This document shows, in pieces, positions 55,678 to 64,000 of a stretch of 64,000 nt of DNA (its first letter is position 1; each line of letters starts with the position of its first letter). The notes beneath the pieces are model-generated. The model was not told where the DNA came from. It did not search any database and was given only the letters and a program-made list of their open reading frames with translations. Source of the stretch: an uncultured Gammaproteobacteria bacterium (lineage in GTDB: Bacteria; Pseudomonadota; Gammaproteobacteria; Pseudomonadales; Pseudohongiellaceae); the NCBI GenBank assembly GCA_903853385.1, contig CAINTJ010000001.1, positions 14,629-78,628 on the forward strand. The letters are read 5' to 3'. Made by a program: the position numbers and the translations under genes.

Positions 55678-56514
55678 TCAATTTACAAAAATGTCGCGGT
55701 AAGAGAGGTAAACGGAAAGTTGATAAACAGGGATCAGCAGCAAGTATCCTATGTGATATGGCAATAATGCCAGCAAGGCGAGAATCAACAGCAATACCCC
55801 ATAGATGAGGAAGGAAAGGACGTTCTTCATGGTGGCTTGCAGGGAATAGAGCAGCGCGGTTTTGATATCGCAGTTGCCCAGCACAATCAGGGCTGGTGCA
55901 AACCATGCTGCCGCGAATACCGGTAATAACAACAGCAGGATCAGCGTCAGGCGCAGTAGCAGGCCGATAACACTAACGGCCTGGTCAAGTTCAGCCAGCG
56001 TAGCCAGGAAATCCGGATTGGTGATATCGGCCTGTGCTGCCATTCTCGCGACCAGCATTTGCAGTTGTTGATTGCCGGCAATCAGCCAGAGCAGGTCTCC
56101 CAATACCAGGCCGCTGAGCAACAGGGAAAATCCGATTAATACCAGATTGGCACCCAGCAAACGGCCCAGATGCAAGCGACTGAAACCGGTCAGCAGAATT
56201 GCGGGATTAAACGGGCGCCGCTGGTAATTGGCGTGGCAGGCCAGCATCAAGCCTGCGGATATCGCAAAGGCAAACACGTTGTCCAGAATCTTCAGCAAGG
56301 GGTAATGCTCGAGCAGCAACAGCCAGATGACACTGGTCAGTGCCACCAGCAACCAGCTGACTTTGGCCTGTTGGAAAAGATCCCAGCCTTCAACGACCCA
56401 GCTCGCACCCCGGTCGCCTGCCATCAGACGCGGCGCATGCACCACATCGTAGCTGCCGGTTGCAGCCTGTGAGGGCGCGGCCTCCAAAGAGGGGGCGATA
56501 GGATCGGTATCCAT
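55678..56514 (-). CDS. hypothetical polytopic membrane protein
   Basis: Start at the in-frame ATG at 56514 (278 aa). About 6 TM segments. The local sequence looks more AT-rich by eye. No motif was recognised with certainty. Confidence 0.5.
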   Translation of the reverse strand: MDTDPIAPSLEAAPSQAATGSYDVVHAPRLMAGDRGASWVVEGWDLFQQAKVSWLLVALTSVIWLLLLEHYPLLKILDNVFAFAISAGLMLACHANYQRRPFNPAILLTGFSRLHLGRLLGANLVLIGFSLLLSGLVLGDLLWLIAGNQQLQMLVARMAAQADITNPDFLATLAELDQAVSVIGLLLRLTLILLLLLPVFAAAWFAPALIVLGNCDIKTALLYSLQATMKNVLSFLIYGVLLLILALLALLPYHIGYLLLIPVYQLSVYLSYRDIFVN

Positions 56515-56704
56515 GCTGGGTCCGGTGTTGGTGTGGAGATGGCTCGGGCGATCGAGAGGGCAGACTTTACCCACACGCATGACTGAAGTACACAGCACCT
56601 ATCGGCGGCCAGCTTCGTCCAGATCAAGTCTGCGCACGAAGTGCTCTTGCCGAAATGCCAAATCACTGGCATATATTGTCCGCGGATTTCCACCGGGAGC
56701 AGCC

Positions 56705-57862
56705 ATGTTTCTCAAACTATTGGAAAAGCACATCAAAACCGGAATTTTGCATCTGCATTTGCCGGGCATTGATTATACTTTCGGGACTTCAGGAACCGAG
56801 GCACATTGGCATTTCAATGACCTGGCGGTACTGGGTCGCATTGCCCGTGACTGGGAATTCGAGCTTGGCAAAACCTATGTAGAAGGGGCCTGGCATGCCG
56901 GCAGTTCCGGCTTGCATGCGCTGCTGGAAATCCTGCGCAGTAATTTTGCAGTGAAAGACTCTGGTTTTGGGCTGCGCACGCTGTCGCGCTTGTTGCAGCA
57001 GTTCAATCGTATTACCAGCAGTTACCGCAACGTCAGCCATCATTATGATGTGCCGGAGCCGGTGTTCCGTCGCTTTCTGGACCAGGAAATGTTCTATTCC
57101 TGCGCTTATTTCCCGGAGCCCGGCATCAGCCTTGCTGCCGCACAGCAAGCCAAAGCCCGCCATATCGCCAGCAAACTGCTGATCAAGCCCGGCGACCATA
57201 TCCTCGACATCGGTTGTGGCTGGGGCAGCATGGTGTTTTATCTGGCCGCGCATTTTGACTGTGAAGTCACCGGTATCACGCTGTCGCGCGAGCAGCTGGC
57301 CGTGGCCAGGCGCGAACAGGAGCGGCGCGGGCTCAAGAATGTACGGTTTGAACTGGCCGACTACCGGGAACATCAAGGCAGTTATGACCGCATTGTCAGC
57401 ATTGGCATGTTCGAACATGTTGGGCGGCCGTTTCATCACACCTATTTTCGTCGCGTCTGTGAATTGCTCAAGCAGGAAGGGGTGGCGCTGATCCACACCA
57501 TCGGCCGTGCCGGCCCGCCGGGTGTGACCAATCGCTGGATTCGCGAATATATTTTTCCTGGCGGCAGCACGCCGGCACTGTCGGAGTTGGCCACGGCAGT
57601 GGAATCTACCGGCATGCGGCCCACCGATATGGAAGTGTGGCGCTTGCATTATGCGCAGACGCTGCAGCACTGGTTTCAGCGGTTCCAGCAGAGCCGCCAT
57701 GACATTGCCGAACTCATGCAGGAGGAATTCTGCCGCATGTGGGAATTCTATCTGGCGGTGTGCGAAGCCGCGTTCCGCTATTCGGATCTGGTGGTATACC
57801 AGCTGCAACTGTCAAAACAGCATGGCCCGGTGCCGATCACTCGTAATTACCTTTATCAATAA
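56705..57862 (+). CDS. cyclopropane-fatty-acyl-phospholipid synthase family methyltransferase
   Basis: Start at MFLKLLEKHIKTG (385 aa). It has the SAM motif ILDIGCGWGSMVFYLA, and YAQTLQHW and WEFYLAVCEAAFR are typical of the Cfa/mycolic-acid MT family. Confidence 0.9.
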   Translation: MFLKLLEKHIKTGILHLHLPGIDYTFGTSGTEAHWHFNDLAVLGRIARDWEFELGKTYVEGAWHAGSSGLHALLEILRSNFAVKDSGFGLRTLSRLLQQFNRITSSYRNVSHHYDVPEPVFRRFLDQEMFYSCAYFPEPGISLAAAQQAKARHIASKLLIKPGDHILDIGCGWGSMVFYLAAHFDCEVTGITLSREQLAVARREQERRGLKNVRFELADYREHQGSYDRIVSIGMFEHVGRPFHHTYFRRVCELLKQEGVALIHTIGRAGPPGVTNRWIREYIFPGGSTPALSELATAVESTGMRPTDMEVWRLHYAQTLQHWFQRFQQSRHDIAELMQEEFCRMWEFYLAVCEAAFRYSDLVVYQLQLSKQHGPVPITRNYLYQ

Positions 57863-57879
57863 CCCTTGGGAGGTCCGTG

Positions 57880-58476
57880 ATGCTTGGTAAACATTCACCC
57901 TGGTGCGCTGGTCGGGCGCTGTTGATTGGCGCGGTGCTGGCGTGGTCAGCGCCGTCAGCCATGGCCGCCGCGGCTAGCTGGAAGGGGCAAACGCAAGAGG
58001 CCAAAATCAGCAGCGATGCAGAAGTGAAGTTATCGATAATGGGCTATAGCGAACCCGACAAGGCCAAGGCGGTGGTTACGCATTATCAGCAATACATCGC
58101 CAATCATAATGTCGAGGAGTTCGAAAAATTTCTGCAACAGCAGGAGACCAAGGGTTATCTGTTCACCAATGAAGCCGTAGGCTATTCCGTCAAATATGTC
58201 TGGCAGAGCGAAGACAAACTCAACAAGCGCATGGTGCTGCTGGTGTGGCCCGCCTTGCTGACCCGTAATCCCTATCTTTGGAAATACCAGTACCAGCGGG
58301 CACAGCCATTTACCGTGGTAGAAGTGAAACTGGCCGGAGATGAAGCGGTGTTGACGACCTCGCTGGATATGCCGGTTGAAGTCAATGCACAGGGACAGTT
58401 GCAGTTGCACGACACTGGCAAGGGCAGTGTGTTTGCCCGGTTGAAAGATGATACGCCTTACTATCTGAAAAACTGA
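57880..58476 (+). CDS. hypothetical secreted protein
   Basis: The ATG lies 6 nt after a GGGAGG SD. The signal peptide ends in APSAMA. No family was recognised. Confidence 0.55.
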   Translation: MLGKHSPWCAGRALLIGAVLAWSAPSAMAAAASWKGQTQEAKISSDAEVKLSIMGYSEPDKAKAVVTHYQQYIANHNVEEFEKFLQQQETKGYLFTNEAVGYSVKYVWQSEDKLNKRMVLLVWPALLTRNPYLWKYQYQRAQPFTVVEVKLAGDEAVLTTSLDMPVEVNAQGQLQLHDTGKGSVFARLKDDTPYYLKN

Positions 58477-58546
58477 TTCATACAGTCAGAATCCCGGCCG
58501 CCTTGCGTAGTTCGGTCAGTGGGTGGGTGCCGGTCATAGCTCCCGG

Positions 58547-59344
58547 TTAAATATCCGCCAGAGCTGTGCTCGCCAGCGCAGCCTGCCTGACAAGACTTTG
58601 ACTCAGGCGGCTGGCCTGGGCGCCGACAAACACCAGTGCAGACTCGTCGACGTCCTTTAATGAAGCCAGTCGCTGTTGCAGTAAAGCCAGGTCGTGGATC
58701 AGCCCCAGGGTCCTGCCCAGCGCAACCAGCTGCTTTCTGGATTTGTTGCGGGGCTGCGCTGGTACAGTCACCAGCTCAAGCTGATAGCCCAGATATTTGA
58801 CCCAGCGGCGCAACTGGTGCAGTTGCTCGATGGAAGCGTGGCGGCCAGCGGCTTTGCGGCCAAGGCGCTGGCAGCGCTGGCAAGTCAGCTTCATACCCTT
58901 GCGCAAGACCGGTTCGGCAGGGTTGGCGGCAGTCAGTTGCAGTACCACTTTCCTGGCGAGCTTGATGTTTTTGTTGGCAGGCGCCACCGGGGTGAGTGTC
59001 TGCAGGCCGGTCAGAACCTGTTGGCAGGCAGCCCGGCCCAGCTTGCTGCGCGTTGCGGCTTGCAAGGTGCGAACGGTTTGTTGCAGCACCTCGGCATCGC
59101 GCAGGCGTGCGAATTTTTTGGCGATAGTGCGCAAGGCGTGATCTGCGTGCTGCCAGTCATCAGCGGCACCGGTGTGGCGCAGCAGCCGGATCCAGCTGCG
59201 CAGTTTTTTGCAAGTGACCCTGAGATCATGAATGTCTTGGGCATCCGGCGTGGCCAGGGCCAGTTGGTCTTGCAGCTGGGAAATCAGCAGCCCGATCCGC
59301 TGGGTGATGAGCGGGGGCTGATAAAACCGCAGCGGCGCCGTCAT
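58547..59344 (-). CDS. CHAD domain protein
   Basis: 265 aa and all-helical. The IHDLRVTCKKLRSWIRLLR, FARLRDAEVL and LGLIHDLALL motifs are characteristic of CHAD. Its start overlaps the upstream stop (ATGA). Confidence 0.8.
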   Translation of the reverse strand: MTAPLRFYQPPLITQRIGLLISQLQDQLALATPDAQDIHDLRVTCKKLRSWIRLLRHTGAADDWQHADHALRTIAKKFARLRDAEVLQQTVRTLQAATRSKLGRAACQQVLTGLQTLTPVAPANKNIKLARKVVLQLTAANPAEPVLRKGMKLTCQRCQRLGRKAAGRHASIEQLHQLRRWVKYLGYQLELVTVPAQPRNKSRKQLVALGRTLGLIHDLALLQQRLASLKDVDESALVFVGAQASRLSQSLVRQAALASTALADI

Positions 59345-61170
59345 GGGCTGGCCGTACCGGTTTTCGCAACCCGTGCCGGAATCGGGCTTGCGTGATTGAG
59401 CACCAGTTCACCAGTGGTACAGAATTTGATGCCGGCGGCATTGGCTTCATCGGTATCAATATGCATCTCGGTGACATAGCCGGCTTTGACACGAATCAGG
59501 GTATGGGTGAAATCCACCGCGCGTTCATTGCTGCCGACCATCATGTCGACATAGTCACCATCATGCAGCTGCAGTAGTTGCGCATCAGCCGGGCTCATAT
59601 GGATATGACGCGCTGCAACGATAAGACCATCTGTCTCAATTTCGCCAGCCGGACCGCGCAGACTGACTTGCGGGGTATTGTGCAGCTGGCCGGAAGGCCG
59701 CAGTGGTGCATCAATGCCCAAGGTGAAGCTATCCGTGCGCGAAATTTCGATTTGGGTGGCGGCACGCGTTGGTCCCAATACGCGTACGGTCTGGAAACTG
59801 CCTTTGGGCCCGATCACAGACACCAGCTCTTTGGCTGCCCAACCCTCCTTCTGGGTGAGCGCGTGATCCAGCGTCAGTTGATGACCCTTGCCGAACAAGG
59901 CATCGACCGCCGCTTGCGACAGATGTACGTGTCGGGCAGAGATTGCCACCGGGATGTGCACGAGCGCGTCGCTCTGGCGTTTGGCCAGCACTTGCTGCAC
60001 TTCCTGCGCAATCATGAATTGCTCATTGGTACGGGTCACCAGCACTTTCACGCGGGCATCGATGCTGTGGATGCCGGCCACTGCAAAATCAGCGAGAGCA
60101 GGTGCGCGGTTGCGATCTTCATCCAGCATGAGCCCGATGAATTCCAGGCGTTCGCAGATGCGACGTCGCATGTCAGCCGAGTTTTCGCCGATGCCGCCCG
60201 TGAAGACCACGGCATCAAGACCCCCCATGGCCGCAGCATATGCCCCAATGTATTTGCGCACCCGGTAGGCGTAGAGCCGCAACGCAAGCTGTGCATCTTT
60301 ATCACCGGCCACGGCGCGGGCTTCGATGGCCGGCAGTTCGTGGGTGCCGGCCAGCGCTTGCAGCCCGCTGGCGTTGTTAAGTTGTTGCTCCACGGCCGCA
60401 GCGTCAAGCCCGAGTTCCCGCGCCAGAAAAGTGAACAGGCCGGGATCAACATCGCCACTGCGTGTGCCCATCACCAAGCCTTCCAGTGGCGTCATGCCCA
60501 TGGAGGTATCCACCGATTGGCCATGACTGATTGCACACACGCTGGCACCGTTGCCGAGATGGCAGCTGATCAGCCGGAGTTGGTCAAGCGGTCGCTGCAG
60601 GGCTGCTGCGGCTTGCAGGGCCACATAATGATGGGAGGTGCCATGAAAGCCATAACGTCGCACACCGCGGGTGCGCCAGGCGACCGGTATGGCATAGTGG
60701 CAGGCATAGTCGGGAATGGTGTGATGAAAGGCAGTATCAAATACCGCTACTTGCGGTAATTGCGGCCAAAGCTTGCGGCCCAGCCTTATGGCCTGGAGCG
60801 CTGGCGGATTATGCAATGGCGCCAGGGTGCAGCAGGCCTGGATTTCGTTGACCACCTGCTCATTGATCAGCGTGGCCGTACGCAGGTTCTGGCCGCCATG
60901 CACAACGCGATGGCCGATGGCTGCAAAGTCTTCATACCCGAAAGTCCTTAGTACTGCGGGTACTTGCGCGATGGCCTCGGCCAGCGAGTTGATGCTTTCG
61001 GTGCGGGTATGTTCTTCACCCCGTTCACCTTCAAGGCGGTAGTTCAACACGCAGCCGTCTGCGGAAAAACGGGAAAATTCGCCTTTGAAGATGCGACTGT
61101 CTGTGCGGTCCAGATCGAACACGCCGAATTTGAGGCTGGAACTGCCTGCGTTGAAGACAAGTATTTTCAT
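59341..61170 (-). CDS. fusion protein: acetate/propionate kinase plus PduL-type phosphate acyltransferase
   Basis: 609 aa. Residues 1-~396 carry MKILVFNAGSSSLKF and YGFHGTSH (acetate kinase). Residues ~405-609 carry the duplicated ISARHVHLS and AARHIHM motifs of PduL. Confidence 0.9.
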   Translation of the reverse strand: MKILVFNAGSSSLKFGVFDLDRTDSRIFKGEFSRFSADGCVLNYRLEGERGEEHTRTESINSLAEAIAQVPAVLRTFGYEDFAAIGHRVVHGGQNLRTATLINEQVVNEIQACCTLAPLHNPPALQAIRLGRKLWPQLPQVAVFDTAFHHTIPDYACHYAIPVAWRTRGVRRYGFHGTSHHYVALQAAAALQRPLDQLRLISCHLGNGASVCAISHGQSVDTSMGMTPLEGLVMGTRSGDVDPGLFTFLARELGLDAAAVEQQLNNASGLQALAGTHELPAIEARAVAGDKDAQLALRLYAYRVRKYIGAYAAAMGGLDAVVFTGGIGENSADMRRRICERLEFIGLMLDEDRNRAPALADFAVAGIHSIDARVKVLVTRTNEQFMIAQEVQQVLAKRQSDALVHIPVAISARHVHLSQAAVDALFGKGHQLTLDHALTQKEGWAAKELVSVIGPKGSFQTVRVLGPTRAATQIEISRTDSFTLGIDAPLRPSGQLHNTPQVSLRGPAGEIETDGLIVAARHIHMSPADAQLLQLHDGDYVDMMVGSNERAVDFTHTLIRVKAGYVTEMHIDTDEANAAGIKFCTTGELVLNHASPIPARVAKTGTASP

Positions 61171-61243
61171 AAGACCATTGTAACCCGCATCATGGGCATG
61201 CTGATATTGAATGCAGAAGCAGGCCGGTTTGTGGAGCTACCCA

Positions 61244-61870
61244 ATGAACACCCGACAGATATTTCCTTTGTTTTCCACCCCGCTTTATGTCAACAACGTG
61301 GGGGATATCGCGAAGCCGGATCTGAGATATCTGGACTACACCCACCTGACGCCGTCGGGAGAGTCTTTCAACTTTCTGACTTCGGTTGACAAGAATGTGC
61401 TTGAACGTGCGGAGCTTGCCAGCATCAAGCAGCTCATCATGCATGAAATAAATTTCTGTGCGCGGGAAGTCTATGCCGTCAGCACTGACGTCGAGTTCTA
61501 TATCACCAATTCATGGATAAATATTTACGGCCGCGGCGACCAGGCCGGAGCCCACATGCACCATAACTCGCTGTTGTCTGGCGTGTTGTATTTGCAGGCA
61601 TCAGAGGCCGGTGGCCAAATCGTATTTCATCGCGATACGCAAAGTCAGCTGCCATTTCCGCCGGTGCTCGATCTCGATGTGGTCTCGCATAATATTTATA
61701 ACTGCAAAAGCTGGGGCTATCAGCCCAAGACCAATGACATATGCATATTCCCATCCATCGTGTCGCATTCTGTGCAGCCCAATAATTCGGACGAAGGCAG
61801 ATGGTCGCTGGCGTTTAACGTGTTTGTCAGAGGCAAATTCGGAGCCATACACCAGCTGGATTTGAAGTAA
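61244..61870 (+). CDS. TIGR02466-like putative 2OG-Fe(II) oxygenase family protein
   Basis: The ATG at 61244 lies 8 nt after a GGAG SD. The PLFSTPLY, NSWINIYGRGDQAGAHMHHNSLLSGVLYL and FPSIVSHSVQPN segments fit the family. Confidence 0.68.
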   Translation: MNTRQIFPLFSTPLYVNNVGDIAKPDLRYLDYTHLTPSGESFNFLTSVDKNVLERAELASIKQLIMHEINFCAREVYAVSTDVEFYITNSWINIYGRGDQAGAHMHHNSLLSGVLYLQASEAGGQIVFHRDTQSQLPFPPVLDLDVVSHNIYNCKSWGYQPKTNDICIFPSIVSHSVQPNNSDEGRWSLAFNVFVRGKFGAIHQLDLK

Positions 61871-61929
61871 CTGCGATGGCTGTACGCTGGCAACGCGGCA
61901 GTACTGGTCCACTGCAAGCAGCTTGAACG

Positions 61930-62694
61930 CTATTGCTGTGCGGGTCTCCGGCTGCGCAGCAATCGAAAGTAGATGCGGGCAGGCAGCCAGCGCAGCATTT
62001 TCAAAAGCGTACTCAGTCCCCACGGAAATGCAATTTCAAACTGGTTGCTTTGCAAACCGGCGACGATATGGCGGGCAGCCTGGTCCGCTTCAATTATTTG
62101 CGGCATCGCAAAATCATTTTTGGCGGTCAGCCGGGTTTTGACAAAGCCGGGGCTGATGATCTGTACTTTGATATTGGTGTGCTGCAGATCCACCGCCATG
62201 TTTTCTGCCAGATGCAGCAAGGCTGCTTTGCTGGCGCCATAGCCAATGGCTCCCGGCAGACCACGATAAGCCGCAATGCTCCCGACCAGGACGATGTGGC
62301 CGGCATTGGCAGCAATGAAGTCCGGCAGTATCTGCGCCAGCACCCGCACAGCACCGCCCACATTGATATCCAGCATTTTTTCAACCAGCGCCAGCTCAAA
62401 TTTTTGGGTTGTCATCGGTTCATAGTAGCCAGCGTTGTAGATCACCATAGCCGGCATCCCCCAGGCCTTGCGCAAACTCTGGTAGGCCGCCACCACGGAA
62501 GCTGCATTTTGCACATCCAGTGGAAGCACCAGATGACCACTGCCGGCGAGGCTGGCGGCCAGTAACTCAAGTTTGTCATGCTGGCGTGCGCTCAAGGCAA
62601 GTATGGCGCCTTGTTGCGCCAGCAGTTGTGCAACTGCGTGACCGATGCCTTCACTGGCACCCAGTAACCAGATGTGGCGGTTTTTCAAAGTCAT
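61930..62694 (-). CDS. SDR family oxidoreductase
   Basis: Start at MTLKNRHIWLLGASEGIG (254 aa). The YGASK catalytic motif and a C-terminal hydrophobic segment are present. Confidence 0.87.
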   Translation of the reverse strand: MTLKNRHIWLLGASEGIGHAVAQLLAQQGAILALSARQHDKLELLAASLAGSGHLVLPLDVQNAASVVAAYQSLRKAWGMPAMVIYNAGYYEPMTTQKFELALVEKMLDINVGGAVRVLAQILPDFIAANAGHIVLVGSIAAYRGLPGAIGYGASKAALLHLAENMAVDLQHTNIKVQIISPGFVKTRLTAKNDFAMPQIIEADQAARHIVAGLQSNQFEIAFPWGLSTLLKMLRWLPARIYFRLLRSRRPAQQ

Positions 62695-62769
62695 CGGAGT
62701 CCCCATGCCCAGCATACGCAGCAGCATGGGTAACGGATCAATGTGGGGAATAACCCGCAAGTGCCAGCT

Positions 62770-62874
62770 TCAAACTTCGATCTTGCCCATAGCGATGCCA
62801 ATCAGAATGGCGATGATGCCGCCGACGGCAACAATGGCCAGCAGTCGGCAGCCCATGAAGAAAATATCAGTCAT
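62770..62874 (-). CDS. candidate 34-aa hydrophobic small protein
   Basis: Below the ORF-track length cutoff. AAAGGAGAGTGAG precedes an ATG. The translation is MTDIFFMGCRLLAIVAVGGIIAILIGIAMGKIEV, followed by a stop codon. It lies 75 nt upstream of the SDR gene on the same strand. Confidence 0.4.
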   Translation of the reverse strand: MTDIFFMGCRLLAIVAVGGIIAILIGIAMGKIEV

Positions 62875-62992
62875 CTCACTCTCCTTTTTGCATTTAGTGA
62901 TTGCTTGCAGGACAGATCAAAGCAAAATACACCCTGCAGCGCGTTGATGCAGGTCAACGGCTACGGGCTTGTCAGCGTTACGGGGGAGTGCA

Positions 62993-63730
62993 ATGTCAAA
63001 CAATCATGCAGGCAGGATGGGTGTAACGCTGGTGTTCGCGCTGACAACCTGGTTGACGGCAAGCACTGCCGCAGCCAGCGTGACGGAGCAGACCATGCAC
63101 GTGGCTGGTGTTGATGTTCAGTACAAAGTCGTACTGCCGGATGGCTATGATGCCGCCAAGTCCTACCCGGCCATTCTTGCCTTCGGTGGTGGCCCGCAGA
63201 CGATGAGCACCGTGGATGCAGTTCTCAAGCGCAATCTGCAGCAGGAAGCAGAGCGTCGGGGCTACATTGTCATTGCGCCAGCAGCGCCAGGAGGGGTGTT
63301 GTTCTTTGATGGGGGTGAACGCATTTTCCCCGGTTTCCTGGATGCCATTCTCAAGGACTATCCGGTTGCTGGCGGTAAATTCCATATTGCCGGCGTATCG
63401 AACGGCGGCATTGCCGCCTTGCATGTGGCCGCCGCCAATCCCGCTTACTTTTGGTCGGTGACAGCATTTCCCGGCTACTTGTGGCAGCCCACTGACAAGA
63501 AGCTGCTCGCATTAACCAGGATCTGCGTTTTCATGTACGTCGGTGAGAATGATGAGTACCGCTGGCACGATGAGATGAAACGTGAGGCAGAGTTTCTGGG
63601 GGCGCATGGCACGGTTGCGAACTACAGCGTCGAAAAAGGTCAGCCCCATCGCATAGACACCCTTGCCGATGCCAAAGCCGGCCGCTTGTTCGAGGGCTTT
63701 GAAGCAAGCAGGCAGGGTTGCTCACGCTAG
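62993..63730 (+). CDS. secreted alpha/beta hydrolase (esterase/dienelactone hydrolase-like)
   Basis: The ATG at 62993 follows a GGGGGAG SD, and a signal peptide is present. The nucleophile elbow is IAGVSNGG (GxSxG). Confidence 0.75.
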   Translation: MSNNHAGRMGVTLVFALTTWLTASTAAASVTEQTMHVAGVDVQYKVVLPDGYDAAKSYPAILAFGGGPQTMSTVDAVLKRNLQQEAERRGYIVIAPAAPGGVLFFDGGERIFPGFLDAILKDYPVAGGKFHIAGVSNGGIAALHVAAANPAYFWSVTAFPGYLWQPTDKKLLALTRICVFMYVGENDEYRWHDEMKREAEFLGAHGTVANYSVEKGQPHRIDTLADAKAGRLFEGFEASRQGCSR

Positions 63731-63733
63731 CGG

Positions 63734-64000
63734 CTAGCGCGTGGACCTGCGACGCTCCAGCATTTCATAGAGCTGCATGCCCGCCAGCATGGCGAGCACA
63801 AACACCAGCGCCTTCGGCTGCCCCATTGCCATCGCGACCAGGGCCGGCCCCGGGCAGAAGCCGGCCAGGCCCCAGCCGGCCCCAAACACCAGCCCGCCAA
63901 TTACCAGGCGTTTGTCCAGGGCAGTGGCTTTGGGCAAATGCAGAGCTCCACCCAGCAAGGTGAGCGTGCGTGTTCTGGCGATCAGGAACGCAAAAAAACC
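63734..64000 (-). CDS. YeeE/YedE-type (DUF6691-like) sulfur-transport membrane protein, 5' end beyond the window
   Basis: The frame is open all the way to the window edge. The RLVIGGLVFGAGWGLAGFCPGP motif is typical of the YeeE/YedE family. The ORF-track start at 63958 is only a TTG inside the open frame. Confidence 0.7.
   Translation of the reverse strand, partial: GFFAFLIARTRTLTLLGGALHLPKATALDKRLVIGGLVFGAGWGLAGFCPGPALVAMAMGQPKALVFVLAMLAGMQLYEMLERRRSTR

Noticed and set aside
56789-57808. 339-aa ORF on the minus strand
   Set aside because: It is the antisense shadow of the Cfa-family methyltransferase gene, with no recognisable domain.
59578-60759. 393-aa ORF on the + strand
   Set aside because: It is antisense to the acetate kinase-PduL gene, which has unmistakable family motifs. 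The translated sequence is Arg/Gly/Ala-rich with no motif. This is a typical shadow ORF of GC-rich coding DNA.

Overview
The window is a gene-dense stretch of chromosome, roughly 55-60% GC by eye, probably from a beta- or gammaproteobacterium. I call about 58 protein-coding genes and one tRNA-Leu(TAG). I found no rRNA, CRISPR array, transposase, integrase, phage gene or recognisable defence gene. Most of the content is accessory metabolism and envelope functions. The main blocks are:
- A periplasmic operon of a DUF1592-type heme protein, DUF1552, an ankyrin-repeat protein and an MBL-fold protein (2.3-8.6 kb).
- An Arn-like sugar-lipid module built around UDP-xylose synthase (11.4-16.8 kb).
- An HD-GYP gene translationally coupled to an outer-membrane-like DUF5916 gene.
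- A cluster with a P450, lactonase-like, dehydrogenase and carboxymuconolactone decarboxylase (CMD) operon and, next to it, divergently and convergently arranged SDR and serine-hydrolase genes (26.5-32.2 kb).
- A sulfotransferase plus GDP-sugar mini-cluster (35.4-39.0 kb).
- An acyl-CoA ligase fused to a family III CoA-transferase.
- A second oxidative tailoring or catabolic cluster with two MFS transporters (45.8-56.5 kb).
- An acetate kinase-PduL fusion coupled to a CHAD protein.

The signals not explained by ordinary gene calls are:
- A roughly 110-nt intergenic palindromic element present three times. It has a conserved 53-54-nt core and 28-29-bp arms that differ between copies but stay complementary.
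- A 15-nt perfect complement of the 16S rRNA 3' tail, placed at ideal spacing before a Cys-rich 67-codon ORF that converges on the P450 gene.
- A five-copy 8-bp tandem repeat in a divergent promoter region.
- A hairpin that partly sequesters a Shine-Dalgarno (SD) sequence.
- Two unusual gene fusions.

All functional calls come from motif and family recognition by eye. No database search was run.
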